This document shows positions 1 to 7,417 of a DNA stretch of 32,000 nt, piece after piece. The notes below the pieces were generated by a model. The model saw only the letters and a list, made by a program, of their open reading frames with translations, was not told where the DNA came from and did not search any database. Origin of the DNA: Candidatus Kuenenia stuttgartensis (GTDB lineage Bacteria > Planctomycetota > Brocadiia > Brocadiales > Brocadiaceae); the NCBI RefSeq assembly GCF_900232105.1, contig NZ_LT934425.1, positions 270,001-302,000 on the forward strand. The letters run 5' to 3'. The translations under genes and the position numbers were made by a program. Every line of letters begins with the position of its first letter. The first letter of the stretch is position 1.

Positions 1-121
1 CAGTCAAATAATTGTATCCCCTATCTAACTTTTTTTGCATAAAGGTTGACGAACCGAAAGCCGCAATCCTGAGCGGCGGCCCTTTATCCACTTTCAGGGT
101 TATTTACAGGAGGATAACGAT

Positions 122-943
122 ATGCGGGAAAATCTCAGCGATTCAGCAGCAAATCTTAAGAATATATTCGAAGAGTATTACTACTTAATTATTAATACCG
201 GCAGTGATAGCCATTTTCTTACTAAAGACAAATACAACGAAATAATGGATAGGTGTGTGAGAACTTTATCCAAAAGAGGTCTTTTGTTGGTTATGGCTGG
301 TAATAAATTAATCATTTCATTTGAAGATGTGAAAGATTTGGACAGGGAATTATTTAAGACGTGGCCATACTATAGTTACAAAGAATTGGATGAAATGGGA
401 CTCTGTAAAATCAATGGGAACGGGCAAAAGACGTATCCAAGCTGGATGATCAACAGAGAGGCAAAACTTAAGGAATATTTTCAAGATCAATATCTGGATT
501 GTTTAGAAAAAATTGAGAACCGCAAATTAGGGGCGAGCACACCGATGCAAATACCCAGAGATACGAAATGCCAAGATTTGGTTAGCAAGCCAGAGAAAGA
601 GCAGGCGAGCATTGATAAACTTTTCTATGATGATCATAAGCGTATTCTGTTTTTTGATAATGAAACACAGTACAAACTGACAAAAAAAGAACAGACATTG
701 GTCGAATGTTTAAGAAGCGATGAACAGGATGTAGAAGACATATGCGAAAAAATTTGGGAGGATAGGGAAGCCAGGGGCAAATTTGACGCACTTAAGTCAA
801 AATTAAACGGAAAGATTAAGACACAATTTGGTGTTAAGCTAATCAGAAACACGGAAAAGGGAAGCGGTAAATACTGTTTTGAAATAAAGATAACTAATAA
901 GAAATTCAAAAAGCAAGATGAAAGTAAGATGCCGGTAAGATAG
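122..943 (+). CDS. Hypothetical protein with C-terminal winged-helix-like region
   Basis: Open 273-aa ORF with TTACAGGAGG ribosome binding site upstream; C-terminus (FFDNETQYKLTKKEQTLVECL...GKYCFEI) resembles a winged-helix DNA-binding domain. Confidence 0.7.
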   Translation: MRENLSDSAANLKNIFEEYYYLIINTGSDSHFLTKDKYNEIMDRCVRTLSKRGLLLVMAGNKLIISFEDVKDLDRELFKTWPYYSYKELDEMGLCKINGNGQKTYPSWMINREAKLKEYFQDQYLDCLEKIENRKLGASTPMQIPRDTKCQDLVSKPEKEQASIDKLFYDDHKRILFFDNETQYKLTKKEQTLVECLRSDEQDVEDICEKIWEDREARGKFDALKSKLNGKIKTQFGVKLIRNTEKGSGKYCFEIKITNKKFKKQDESKMPVR

Positions 944-1025
944 ATATGTTTTTGAATATACCTGCGAATTGTCTGTAAATTAAGGGGATTGAAGCCGATG
1001 TAAAAAAGTAAGATGAAAGTAAGAT
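908..1025 (+). repeat. Iteron-like 11-bp direct repeats (GYAAGAT core)
   Basis: GYAAGAT at 913, 924, 935 (11-bp period) and again at 1008, 1019 (11-bp period); 23-nt block 908-930 repeated at 1003-1025 with one mismatch. Confidence 0.75.
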
Positions 1026-1043
1026 TTCATTGGTTGTATAAAG

Positions 1044-1085
1044 AAGCCATGAGGTAAGCGTTTACCTTGTGGCTTTTTTTGTTTT
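1044..1085 (+). terminator. Intrinsic terminator-like hairpin immediately upstream of RHH gene
   Basis: About 14-bp stem AAGCCATGAGGTAA / TTACCTTGTGGCTT (two G-U pairs), 4-nt loop, followed by a T-tract. Confidence 0.7.
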
Positions 1086-1101
1086 TACAGGAGGTATTTT
1101 T

Positions 1102-1275
1102 ATGAGAGACGAACCGGGTAAATTTTTCAATTTTCTGATGCCTTACAGCCAATATGAGGAATTGAGGGGTTTGGCGAGAAAAACGGATTTACCGATGGCT
1201 GAAATAATCCGTCAGGCTGTGCGGTCGGTGTTGGAGTCAGGCGGGCGGGTTAGGCTGAAAAAGCCATGCGCTTAA
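1102..1275 (+). CDS. Ribbon-helix-helix (CopG/Arc-like) small protein
   Basis: ATG at 1102 preceded by AGGAGG; MRDEPGKFFNFLMPYSQYEELRGLARKTDLPMAEIIRQAVRSVLE is RHH-like. The supplied ORF start (1069, GTG) lies inside the terminator-like hairpin. Confidence 0.7.
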   Translation: MRDEPGKFFNFLMPYSQYEELRGLARKTDLPMAEIIRQAVRSVLESGGRVRLKKPCA

Positions 1276-1353
1276 AAGGCGAAAGACGAACTGGGGGGTT
1301 TGGGGTAAAGGAGCCGGGAATAGTCAGGATTAAACCACAGGAGAGTAACAGAA

Positions 1354-1572
1354 ATGAACACAATGGAAAAACAGAAGGCAGTCTTTTCAGAGATCAGGGT
1401 AAGCAATATGGCTTTTTCCCTGATGGAAAGCATAGCGGAAGTTTACAAAGTGCCGGTTACGGAGATTATCCAGAATGCACTTCAGATGGTGTTGGAGGAA
1501 TGCCTAAAAGAGTATCAGCGTCTTTACCGTGAAGGCAAAAAAACAGAAGCCTGCGACCCTTCGGAAAATTAA
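1354..1572 (+). CDS. Small RHH-like protein
   Basis: FSEIRVSNMAFSLMESIAEVYKVPVTEIIQNALQMVLEE resembles RHH helix pattern; RBS-like AGGAG upstream. Confidence 0.5.
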   Translation: MNTMEKQKAVFSEIRVSNMAFSLMESIAEVYKVPVTEIIQNALQMVLEECLKEYQRLYREGKKTEACDPSEN

Positions 1573-1641
1573 CAGAAAAGCCTGCAACGGGGGGGATGCA
1601 GGCTTTCAGAAGATTAACAGATGGATGGAGCTTAACAAATT

Positions 1642-2133
1642 ATGGATGATAAATCAACACTAGACTTTGCAATTTATTACACAGAAGAAAAGAATTTTTC
1701 AATCATACCCTTGATTGGCAAAATCCCTGATGCCAGCGTTTTGCCAAAAGAACCAAACGAAAAAGGCGAACCAAAACCAACATGGCGACCATATCAAAAG
1801 AGAAAGCCAACGCAGGATGAATTACAAAAATGGTTTGGCAATGGCAGTAAACGGAATATCGGCATTGTAACCGGCACTATTTCTGGCATTGCCGTTGTTG
1901 ATTTGGACGGCAGGGAGGCTATACAGCTTGCAAAAGATTTAGAACTACCGGATACACCAGTTGTAAAGACGGCAAGGGGATATCATTTATATTACCGCTA
2001 CCGTCCGGGTATTCGCAATTTTCAAAAGAGGGATGATCTGCCGGGGATTGACGTAAGGGGTGACGGTGGTTATGTTGTTGCGCCTCCTTCAATTCATACA
2101 TCGGGGGTGCAATACGCATGGGCAAAGGGCTAG
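1642..2133 (+). CDS. Bifunctional primase/polymerase N-terminal (prim-pol) domain, 5' part of split primase-helicase
   Basis: Motifs GIVTGTISGIAVVDLDG, TARGYHLYYRY, GIDVRGDGGYVVAPPSIH typical of the prim-pol domain. Confidence 0.9.
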   Translation: MDDKSTLDFAIYYTEEKNFSIIPLIGKIPDASVLPKEPNEKGEPKPTWRPYQKRKPTQDELQKWFGNGSKRNIGIVTGTISGIAVVDLDGREAIQLAKDLELPDTPVVKTARGYHLYYRYRPGIRNFQKRDDLPGIDVRGDGGYVVAPPSIHTSGVQYAWAKG

Positions 2134-4004
2134 ACGACATTCCAATGGCTGATTTTCCGGAGATTCTCTTGGCACGGCATGGAAACAATAACCATAAAAC
2201 GCCAGTCAAAGAACTCTATAAAGGCGCAGCAGAAGGCAGCCGTAATGATGCGCTGGCACGTCTTGCCGGGTCATGGGTCCGTGACGGATTATCGCTTGAA
2301 GATTGTCTTGAGAATGCCAGGGTATGGAACACAATGAACAATCCGCCATTACCTGAGCGAGAGGTAGAGCAAACCGTCAGGAGTATTTTTGACAAGCATA
2401 AAAGAAGCGAAGCAGAAAACAAAGATAGCGAACTCGTGAAAAAATATGGAAATCCTTATTATTTCAAAAAACATGGCAAGGTGGAAAGCATTAATGAGGG
2501 TTATTGGGCAGGTTATCATTGTGCCAGGCATGAGGAATTTTACGAGCCTTGCGAAAAGAAATTTTATCATTACGACCCTACAGCGGGATTATACAGTCCT
2601 GTCACGCCAGACCGTATAAAACAGGAAATCAGCGAATACATATTGGAACACTCAAAAGATGTGCCGGGACTAGAGAAATGTAGGTCGGACAAAAACCTTA
2701 ATGCGGTTACTAATCAATTACGTGGCATTGCAGAAAAAACAAATCCATTCGACAAAACAGACAGGCATTATGTCCACCTTAAAAACACAGTCTTGGTTTT
2801 TGATGGCAGCGGCAATATGAAACCGGAGCCGTTTTCACCAAACTTTTATTCCAGAAACCAAAGTCCGATTCCTTTCGATGAAAACGCAAGGTGTCCGAGA
2901 TTTCTTAACGAATTAATAAAACCTGCCTTGAAAAAGTGTGATATACCACTTATGCAAAAATACTACGGGCAGTGCCTGCTTGGGCATAATATAACGCAAA
3001 GAACCCTTATCAAAGATGGGACGGCTGGCGGTGGCAAAACAACAAGTACAGCTATAATTCAAAAAATTGTTGGGCTGGAAAATGTTACACAATTAAGGAC
3101 AAAGCACTTGGACGAAAGATTCGAGCTATTCCGTTTTTTAGGCAAAACTTTATTGGTGGGCGTGGATGTGCCGGGAAATTTTCTTTCTGAAAAAGGGGCG
3201 TATGTCCTAAAAGGACTTGTCGGCGGCGATTTATTAACAACGGAGAAAAAGGGCGGCAATGACGGTTTTTTGCTACATGGCAATTTTAACATAATTATAA
3301 CTTCAAACTCTCGTTTACAGGTTAGATTCGACGGAGACCTTGCAGCGTGGAAACGTAGGCTTTTAATAGTGAGATATGAATTACCACCGCCAAAAATGAA
3401 GATTCCCGATTTTGCAAACATCCTCATTCGCGAGGAAGGGAGCGGAATACTAAATTGGGCGTTGGAAGGGCTTAGAATGTTGTTCGATGATATTCGTCAA
3501 TATGGCGATATATGCTTAGGCGACAGTCAAAATCAAATTATTGATACTCTCATGGCTGAATCTGACAGCCTAAAACATTTTTTGAAAGACTGCGTAATGT
3601 TAGATGCCGAATTAGACTTGTCTATCAATGAGGTTGTCGAAAATTATGCAGAATATTGCGCTTCGCAGGGATGGAATCCAAAACCTATTACAATAATTCA
3701 CCGTGAGGTTGAAAGGTTAATGCTGGAACTTTTCGGGGTGTCAAAGTCTCACAGCCTTATGAGAAACGGCAAAAGCGCCAAAGGTTTTCGTGGTGTTAAA
3801 TTGAAATCATTACAGTTTGGGACGCTTGGGACACATGTTTTCAATCCCTTACGCACGGGAAAAAACATGCAAACTGAAGAAAAATATATAAGTACTAAGG
3901 AGTCAGAAAAAGGCGTCCCAAGCGTCCCAAAACCAATAAACCCCTCCGGTGAAAATCCGGATGACGAAATCCCTGAAAATTTATTGGAGCATATCGAAAT
4001 ATGA
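2118..4004 (+). CDS. D5-like SF3 helicase / C-terminal part of primase-helicase
   Basis: Walker A KDGTAGGGKTTST, IIITSNSRLQVRFDGDLAAWKRRLLIVRY typical of D5/P4 helicases; N-terminus continues the prim-pol sequence (GLDDIPMADFPEILL). Confidence 0.9.
   Translation: MGKGLDDIPMADFPEILLARHGNNNHKTPVKELYKGAAEGSRNDALARLAGSWVRDGLSLEDCLENARVWNTMNNPPLPEREVEQTVRSIFDKHKRSEAENKDSELVKKYGNPYYFKKHGKVESINEGYWAGYHCARHEEFYEPCEKKFYHYDPTAGLYSPVTPDRIKQEISEYILEHSKDVPGLEKCRSDKNLNAVTNQLRGIAEKTNPFDKTDRHYVHLKNTVLVFDGSGNMKPEPFSPNFYSRNQSPIPFDENARCPRFLNELIKPALKKCDIPLMQKYYGQCLLGHNITQRTLIKDGTAGGGKTTSTAIIQKIVGLENVTQLRTKHLDERFELFRFLGKTLLVGVDVPGNFLSEKGAYVLKGLVGGDLLTTEKKGGNDGFLLHGNFNIIITSNSRLQVRFDGDLAAWKRRLLIVRYELPPPKMKIPDFANILIREEGSGILNWALEGLRMLFDDIRQYGDICLGDSQNQIIDTLMAESDSLKHFLKDCVMLDAELDLSINEVVENYAEYCASQGWNPKPITIIHREVERLMLELFGVSKSHSLMRNGKSAKGFRGVKLKSLQFGTLGTHVFNPLRTGKNMQTEEKYISTKESEKGVPSVPKPINPSGENPDDEIPENLLEHIEI
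2124..2130 (+). promoter_or_regulatory. Candidate -1 ribosomal frameshift heptamer A_AAG_GGC
   Basis: X_XXY_YYZ heptamer in the prim-pol reading frame directly followed by the in-frame TAG; slipping gives YAWAKG-LDDIPMADFPEILL. Confidence 0.45.
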
Positions 4005-4390
4005 TAAACGAGACACTTTTGGAACTTGAAAAGGCAGGCTATCGGGTCACGCTTAACGGCGACAAGATTTGCTTGGATTTCGTTGGCAAAGAAAAGCCTG
4101 CTATGGATACGGTTTTGCCTTTGCTTGAAGCCTTAAAACAAAATAAGGCGGAAGCTATTGTATGCCTTCAGCAGGCAGAAGCCTTAAACGAACGCATGGC
4201 GATAATGGGCGAGAATTGTTCACCGGATGAAGTGTTGCCTTATGTTACAGAATTTAACAGCCTGGTGATACCGTTTGCTTCACCTGCACGCTACCATTGG
4301 TGGAAAGGCGGGCAATCCCCTTGCGAGACATTAAAAGAATTGGGTAGGTGCGATTTGTTGGATAAGTATAGACACGTTTCGGGTAATTAA
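4001..4390 (+). CDS. Small protein with TubC_N-like N-terminal domain
   Basis: ETLLELEKAGYRVTLNGDKICLDFVGKEKPAMDTVLPLLEALKQNKAEAIVCL resembles TubC N-terminal docking-like domains often adjacent to element primases; ATGA overlap with the helicase stop. Confidence 0.55.
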   Translation: MINETLLELEKAGYRVTLNGDKICLDFVGKEKPAMDTVLPLLEALKQNKAEAIVCLQQAEALNERMAIMGENCSPDEVLPYVTEFNSLVIPFASPARYHWWKGGQSPCETLKELGRCDLLDKYRHVSGN

Positions 4391-4408
4391 ATTACGGAGA
4401 TAGAAAAA

Positions 4409-4597
4409 ATGAGTGAAGAAACTGTAAAACTTTTGTTAAGCATGGATGAAGCATGCCGGGTTTTAAGTTTGAAAAAAAGCACGTTGTATCAAATGGTGAT
4501 GCGTAGACAAATCCCTGTGTGCAAAATAGGCAGGCTAAACCGGTTCCGCATGGAAGATTTACAGGTTTTTATTAAGGAGAATATGATTCATGGTTAA
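4409..4597 (+). CDS. Excisionase-family helix-turn-helix protein
   Basis: LLSMDEACRVLSLKKSTLYQMVMRRQIPVCKIGRLNRFRMEDLQVFI matches the HTH_17/excisionase pattern. Confidence 0.85.
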   Translation: MSEETVKLLLSMDEACRVLSLKKSTLYQMVMRRQIPVCKIGRLNRFRMEDLQVFIKENMIHG

Positions 4598-5075
4598 AAA
4601 CGAACCTGAACCCAAGCGGAAGAACAAACCCAGGCGTAAGAACAAGCCTGTGAATCCTTTAAAGAAAAAACCCTTCAAAATAGATATTGGCAGAGCGTTG
4701 GAATTGCGTTACAAAAACGGCATGAGTTATAGCGAGATAGCCAGACATTTCGGCGTTGCAAAATCCGGAGTCCATGCCATTTTGGAGAAATTCACGAACC
4801 TTATCAGGGAGCCAGAGGAATTGGAGTTTTACGAGAAGTACAAGACGAAACTCCTTTCCTCTGCGGAACTTAAGATATTGGAAAAACTCATGGACGATGA
4901 AACCATAAAAGGGGCTTCTTTGAATAATGCCGCATACGCTTTTCAGAATTTGTTTAATGCGAATAGGCTTGAGCGGGGAAAGTCTACGTCCAATATAGAC
5001 CTCCACGCCTCACTGGAAGAAATTGCCAGCCTTGAGGCCGAATACGAAGAATTAAAAGGAATGTTGGAGGATTGA
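4590..5075 (+). CDS. HTH protein, possibly terminase-small-subunit-like
   Basis: Basic N-terminus then ALELRYKNGMSYSEIARHFGVAKSGVHAILEKF (HTH). Overlaps upstream ORF by 8 nt. Confidence 0.55.
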   Translation: MVKNEPEPKRKNKPRRKNKPVNPLKKKPFKIDIGRALELRYKNGMSYSEIARHFGVAKSGVHAILEKFTNLIREPEELEFYEKYKTKLLSSAELKILEKLMDDETIKGASLNNAAYAFQNLFNANRLERGKSTSNIDLHASLEEIASLEAEYEELKGMLED

Positions 5076-5209
5076 TGAAATCGCAGGAGATAAAAAACAT
5101 GAATGAAAATTTGAAAGTAATGGAAAATGCCAAGATTAGTGAAATCATAGGGCTGGAAATATGTCGGCTTATAGGGTTTTTATTGAAAGAGACAAAAACC
5201 GTTGCTTAG
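5075..5209 (+). CDS. Hypothetical 44-aa protein
   Basis: Below the size cutoff of the ORF track. ATGA overlap with upstream stop, GGAGG upstream, translation MKSQEIKNMNENLKVMENAKISEIIGLEICRLIGFLLKETKTVA, overlaps methylase start. Confidence 0.45.
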   Translation: MKSQEIKNMNENLKVMENAKISEIIGLEICRLIGFLLKETKTVA

Positions 5210-6041
5210 AACTGCAAAATCGCCAGTCAATCGGATCGGCGGCAAATATCAATTAACCGGCTGGCTGTCTAAATATATGCCGGGACATGTTTGCTACGTT
5301 GAACCTTTTGCCGGTGCTGGCCATTTGCTTTTCAGCAAGCGACCTTCACCTGTAGAGGTCCTGAACGATATTGACGGCAATTTAATAAGCTTCTTTCGGG
5401 TGATAAAAGATACCGAAAAGAGACAAAAACTTATAGAAACGCTTGAGAACATGCCGTATGCAAGAAGTCTCTGGCAGGATATCCGGACCCGATGGAAAGC
5501 TGGCGATTTACCAGGGGATGCGATTGAACGGGCGGCATGGTGGTTTTACCTGAACCGTGTTACTTATGGCGGGGATATGCAGACAGGCGGCTTTGCAATG
5601 CCTTCAATAACAGGCAGAAATCCGGCACAAAGCTATTGCAATACCATTGACAGCCTTGAACACGTTGCCGGTAGGTTAAGGGGCGTTACCATAGAATGCT
5701 TGTCTTATGACGAAGTTGTCCGGCGTTATGATTCACCGGATAGTTTCTTCTACGTTGATCCGCCTTACCTGAATGCCGAAGGTTATTACGGCGACAGCTT
5801 CACGGAAAACGACCATTATAGGCTTTCAGAATTGCTCCATGGTATCAAGGGCAAGGCCATGATATCGCATTACCAGAACAGCTTATATGAAAGCCTGTAT
5901 GCCGATTTTAACCGGCATGAATACCAGTCTTTCAAAGGCAGCCATAAGTCAGCCGGTGAAAAAAAGCCGGTTACTGTGGAATGCCTTTATATGAATTTCA
6001 AACCGGCTGTAAATAGGAGTTTGTTTGATGCGATGGAATGA
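5202..6041 (+). CDS. Dam-type (D12 class) DNA adenine N6-methyltransferase
   Basis: IGGKYQLTGWL, YVEPFAGAGHLLFSK, FFYVDPPY motifs; TTG start. Confidence 0.93.
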   Translation: MLRTAKSPVNRIGGKYQLTGWLSKYMPGHVCYVEPFAGAGHLLFSKRPSPVEVLNDIDGNLISFFRVIKDTEKRQKLIETLENMPYARSLWQDIRTRWKAGDLPGDAIERAAWWFYLNRVTYGGDMQTGGFAMPSITGRNPAQSYCNTIDSLEHVAGRLRGVTIECLSYDEVVRRYDSPDSFFYVDPPYLNAEGYYGDSFTENDHYRLSELLHGIKGKAMISHYQNSLYESLYADFNRHEYQSFKGSHKSAGEKKPVTVECLYMNFKPAVNRSLFDAME

Positions 6042-6066
6042 TTTTTGGATCTTTGATAATTTCTTA

Positions 6067-6723
6067 TTATGGGCGGTTTTCTTTGTGATAGTGCAGGCTA
6101 TTAGCGAACTCATCCGATGTCATCCCCAATGCCCGTGCAGGAGCATCTATCGTCAGTGCAAGGATTGTCTCGATTTCCTCATCTGCCAAATCCGGCTGCG
6201 CTTCTCGTATCTCTGTCTTTATCCTATCTCTGCCGTCCTCGATTTCTTCCTCTCCACGCACAAGCCGGTCGATATATTCATCAATTTCTTTATCTGTCAA
6301 TACTTCCGGCAGTTCAGATTCTATTGCCTCCGCCCTTGTCAATACCTTGCCTGGTCTTTCGGCAGCTTCTGCTTCCTGCCTCACGGAATCTTCCTCAATA
6401 CGGTTCTGTCTTAGCGTGTCCTTTCGTCTCAAGGTCGCCAATCTCGCAGCAATCATTGCGCGCTGGCTTTCATTGACTCTTGGCGGCTTCTGCTCTTTAT
6501 AGCGGTTGGCAAAGTAGAGAAATAAAAGCATACTCCAGAAACCTATATTGAAAAACATATAGCCTCTATCTACATAATAACCGACACAGCAGCTAGCCAC
6601 AAACACACAGACGGCACCTACTATAGCCCATGCTCTTATAAAAAAGTCACAAAAAGAAAAGGCAAAGCCTGCAATAGCAAGGGCAAGTATGATCAGAAAT
6701 AGTAATGTCATCAATGCGTCCAT
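6067..6723 (-). CDS. Membrane protein with hydrophobic N-terminus and charged helical C-terminus
   Basis: MDALMTLLFLIILALAIAGFAFSFCDFFIRAWAIVGAVCVFVASCCVGYYV hydrophobic segments; likely start at 6723 rather than 6831. Confidence 0.6.
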   Translation of the reverse strand: MDALMTLLFLIILALAIAGFAFSFCDFFIRAWAIVGAVCVFVASCCVGYYVDRGYMFFNIGFWSMLLFLYFANRYKEQKPPRVNESQRAMIAARLATLRRKDTLRQNRIEEDSVRQEAEAAERPGKVLTRAEAIESELPEVLTDKEIDEYIDRLVRGEEEIEDGRDRIKTEIREAQPDLADEEIETILALTIDAPARALGMTSDEFANSLHYHKENRP

Positions 6724-6802
6724 TTTATTCCTTTCTGAGTAAATAGGCGATAGCAAAAAGAACCAGTGATATACAGACCCCGGATGAGCTGTTTGAAAAG
6801 GA

Positions 6803-7060
6803 TTACAGCAGTTTTGAGACAGCAACGGCAATGCTGGTGCAGCCTGCTACTATGGCAAATATCTTCATGAGCAAATCGGCATGTGATGCTTTTATGCGTA
6901 ATTCGAGTTTGTCGAGTTTTTCGTTTATAAACTCTTTCAAATCCTTTTGTCCGTCTATATGTGATTGCTCTATGGTTTCAGCCAGTATTTCAGCTTGTGC
7001 ATGTGTGAACCCGACAGACTCAAACTTTCTTATGTTTTCTAATTCTTTAGTTATAGGCAT
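6803..7060 (-). CDS. DUF1640-like coiled-coil protein with C-terminal TM helix
   Basis: RKFESVGFTHAQAEILAETIEQSH...EKLDKLELRIKASHADLLMKIFAIVAGCTSIAVAVSKLL. Confidence 0.7.
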   Translation of the reverse strand: MPITKELENIRKFESVGFTHAQAEILAETIEQSHIDGQKDLKEFINEKLDKLELRIKASHADLLMKIFAIVAGCTSIAVAVSKLL

Positions 7061-7065
7061 GGTTT

Positions 7066-7167
7066 TTAGTGGGTATGCTTTTCTTTACGTTCCTGGTAGT
7101 AAACAAATACCGAAATAAAAAGAACGATGATTCCAACAACTATAAAACTAAAAGTAAAATTATCCAT
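7066..7167 (-). CDS. Small 33-aa membrane protein
   Basis: Reading the minus strand: GGAAAGG then ATG; MDNFTFSFIVVGIIVLFISVFVYYQERKEKHTH; 5 nt before the 85-aa ORF start. Absent from the ORF track due to size. Confidence 0.5.
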   Translation of the reverse strand: MDNFTFSFIVVGIIVLFISVFVYYQERKEKHTH

Positions 7168-7348
7168 ATTATTCATCCTTTCCGTCACAACATTCTATCA
7201 AATACATAAATGAAAGGGAATAGTAAATAAAATAGATAAAAACACATAAAAAAGAACATTGACAATAATTTGAAAGTACGGTAGTACGTACGCAAATACT
7301 GGTGTTGACGGACGCCATAGAGAATATGCCTGATAAAACAGGCAATCA

Positions 7349-7401
7349 GGGGCAACGGCATTCTTGAACCGTCATTCAAGGGTGTTTGTTGCCTTTTTTT
7401 A
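7349..7401 (+). terminator. Terminator-like nested hairpin upstream of integrase
   Basis: GGCAAC (7351-7356) / GTTGCC (7388-7393) followed by T8; inner stem CTTGAA/TTCAAG. Confidence 0.5.
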
Positions 7402-7417
7402 TTACAGGAGGGTGGTT

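Noticed and set aside
1266-1532. 88-aa plus-strand ORF between the RHH genes
   Set aside because: Overlaps the RHH-like 1354-1572 ORF in another frame; low-complexity-like composition and no supporting RBS.
6025-6476. Plus-strand ORFs (6025-6414, 6117-6476)
   Set aside because: Antisense shadows of the minus-strand membrane protein gene; Ser/Pro/Leu-rich composition typical of shadow ORFs.
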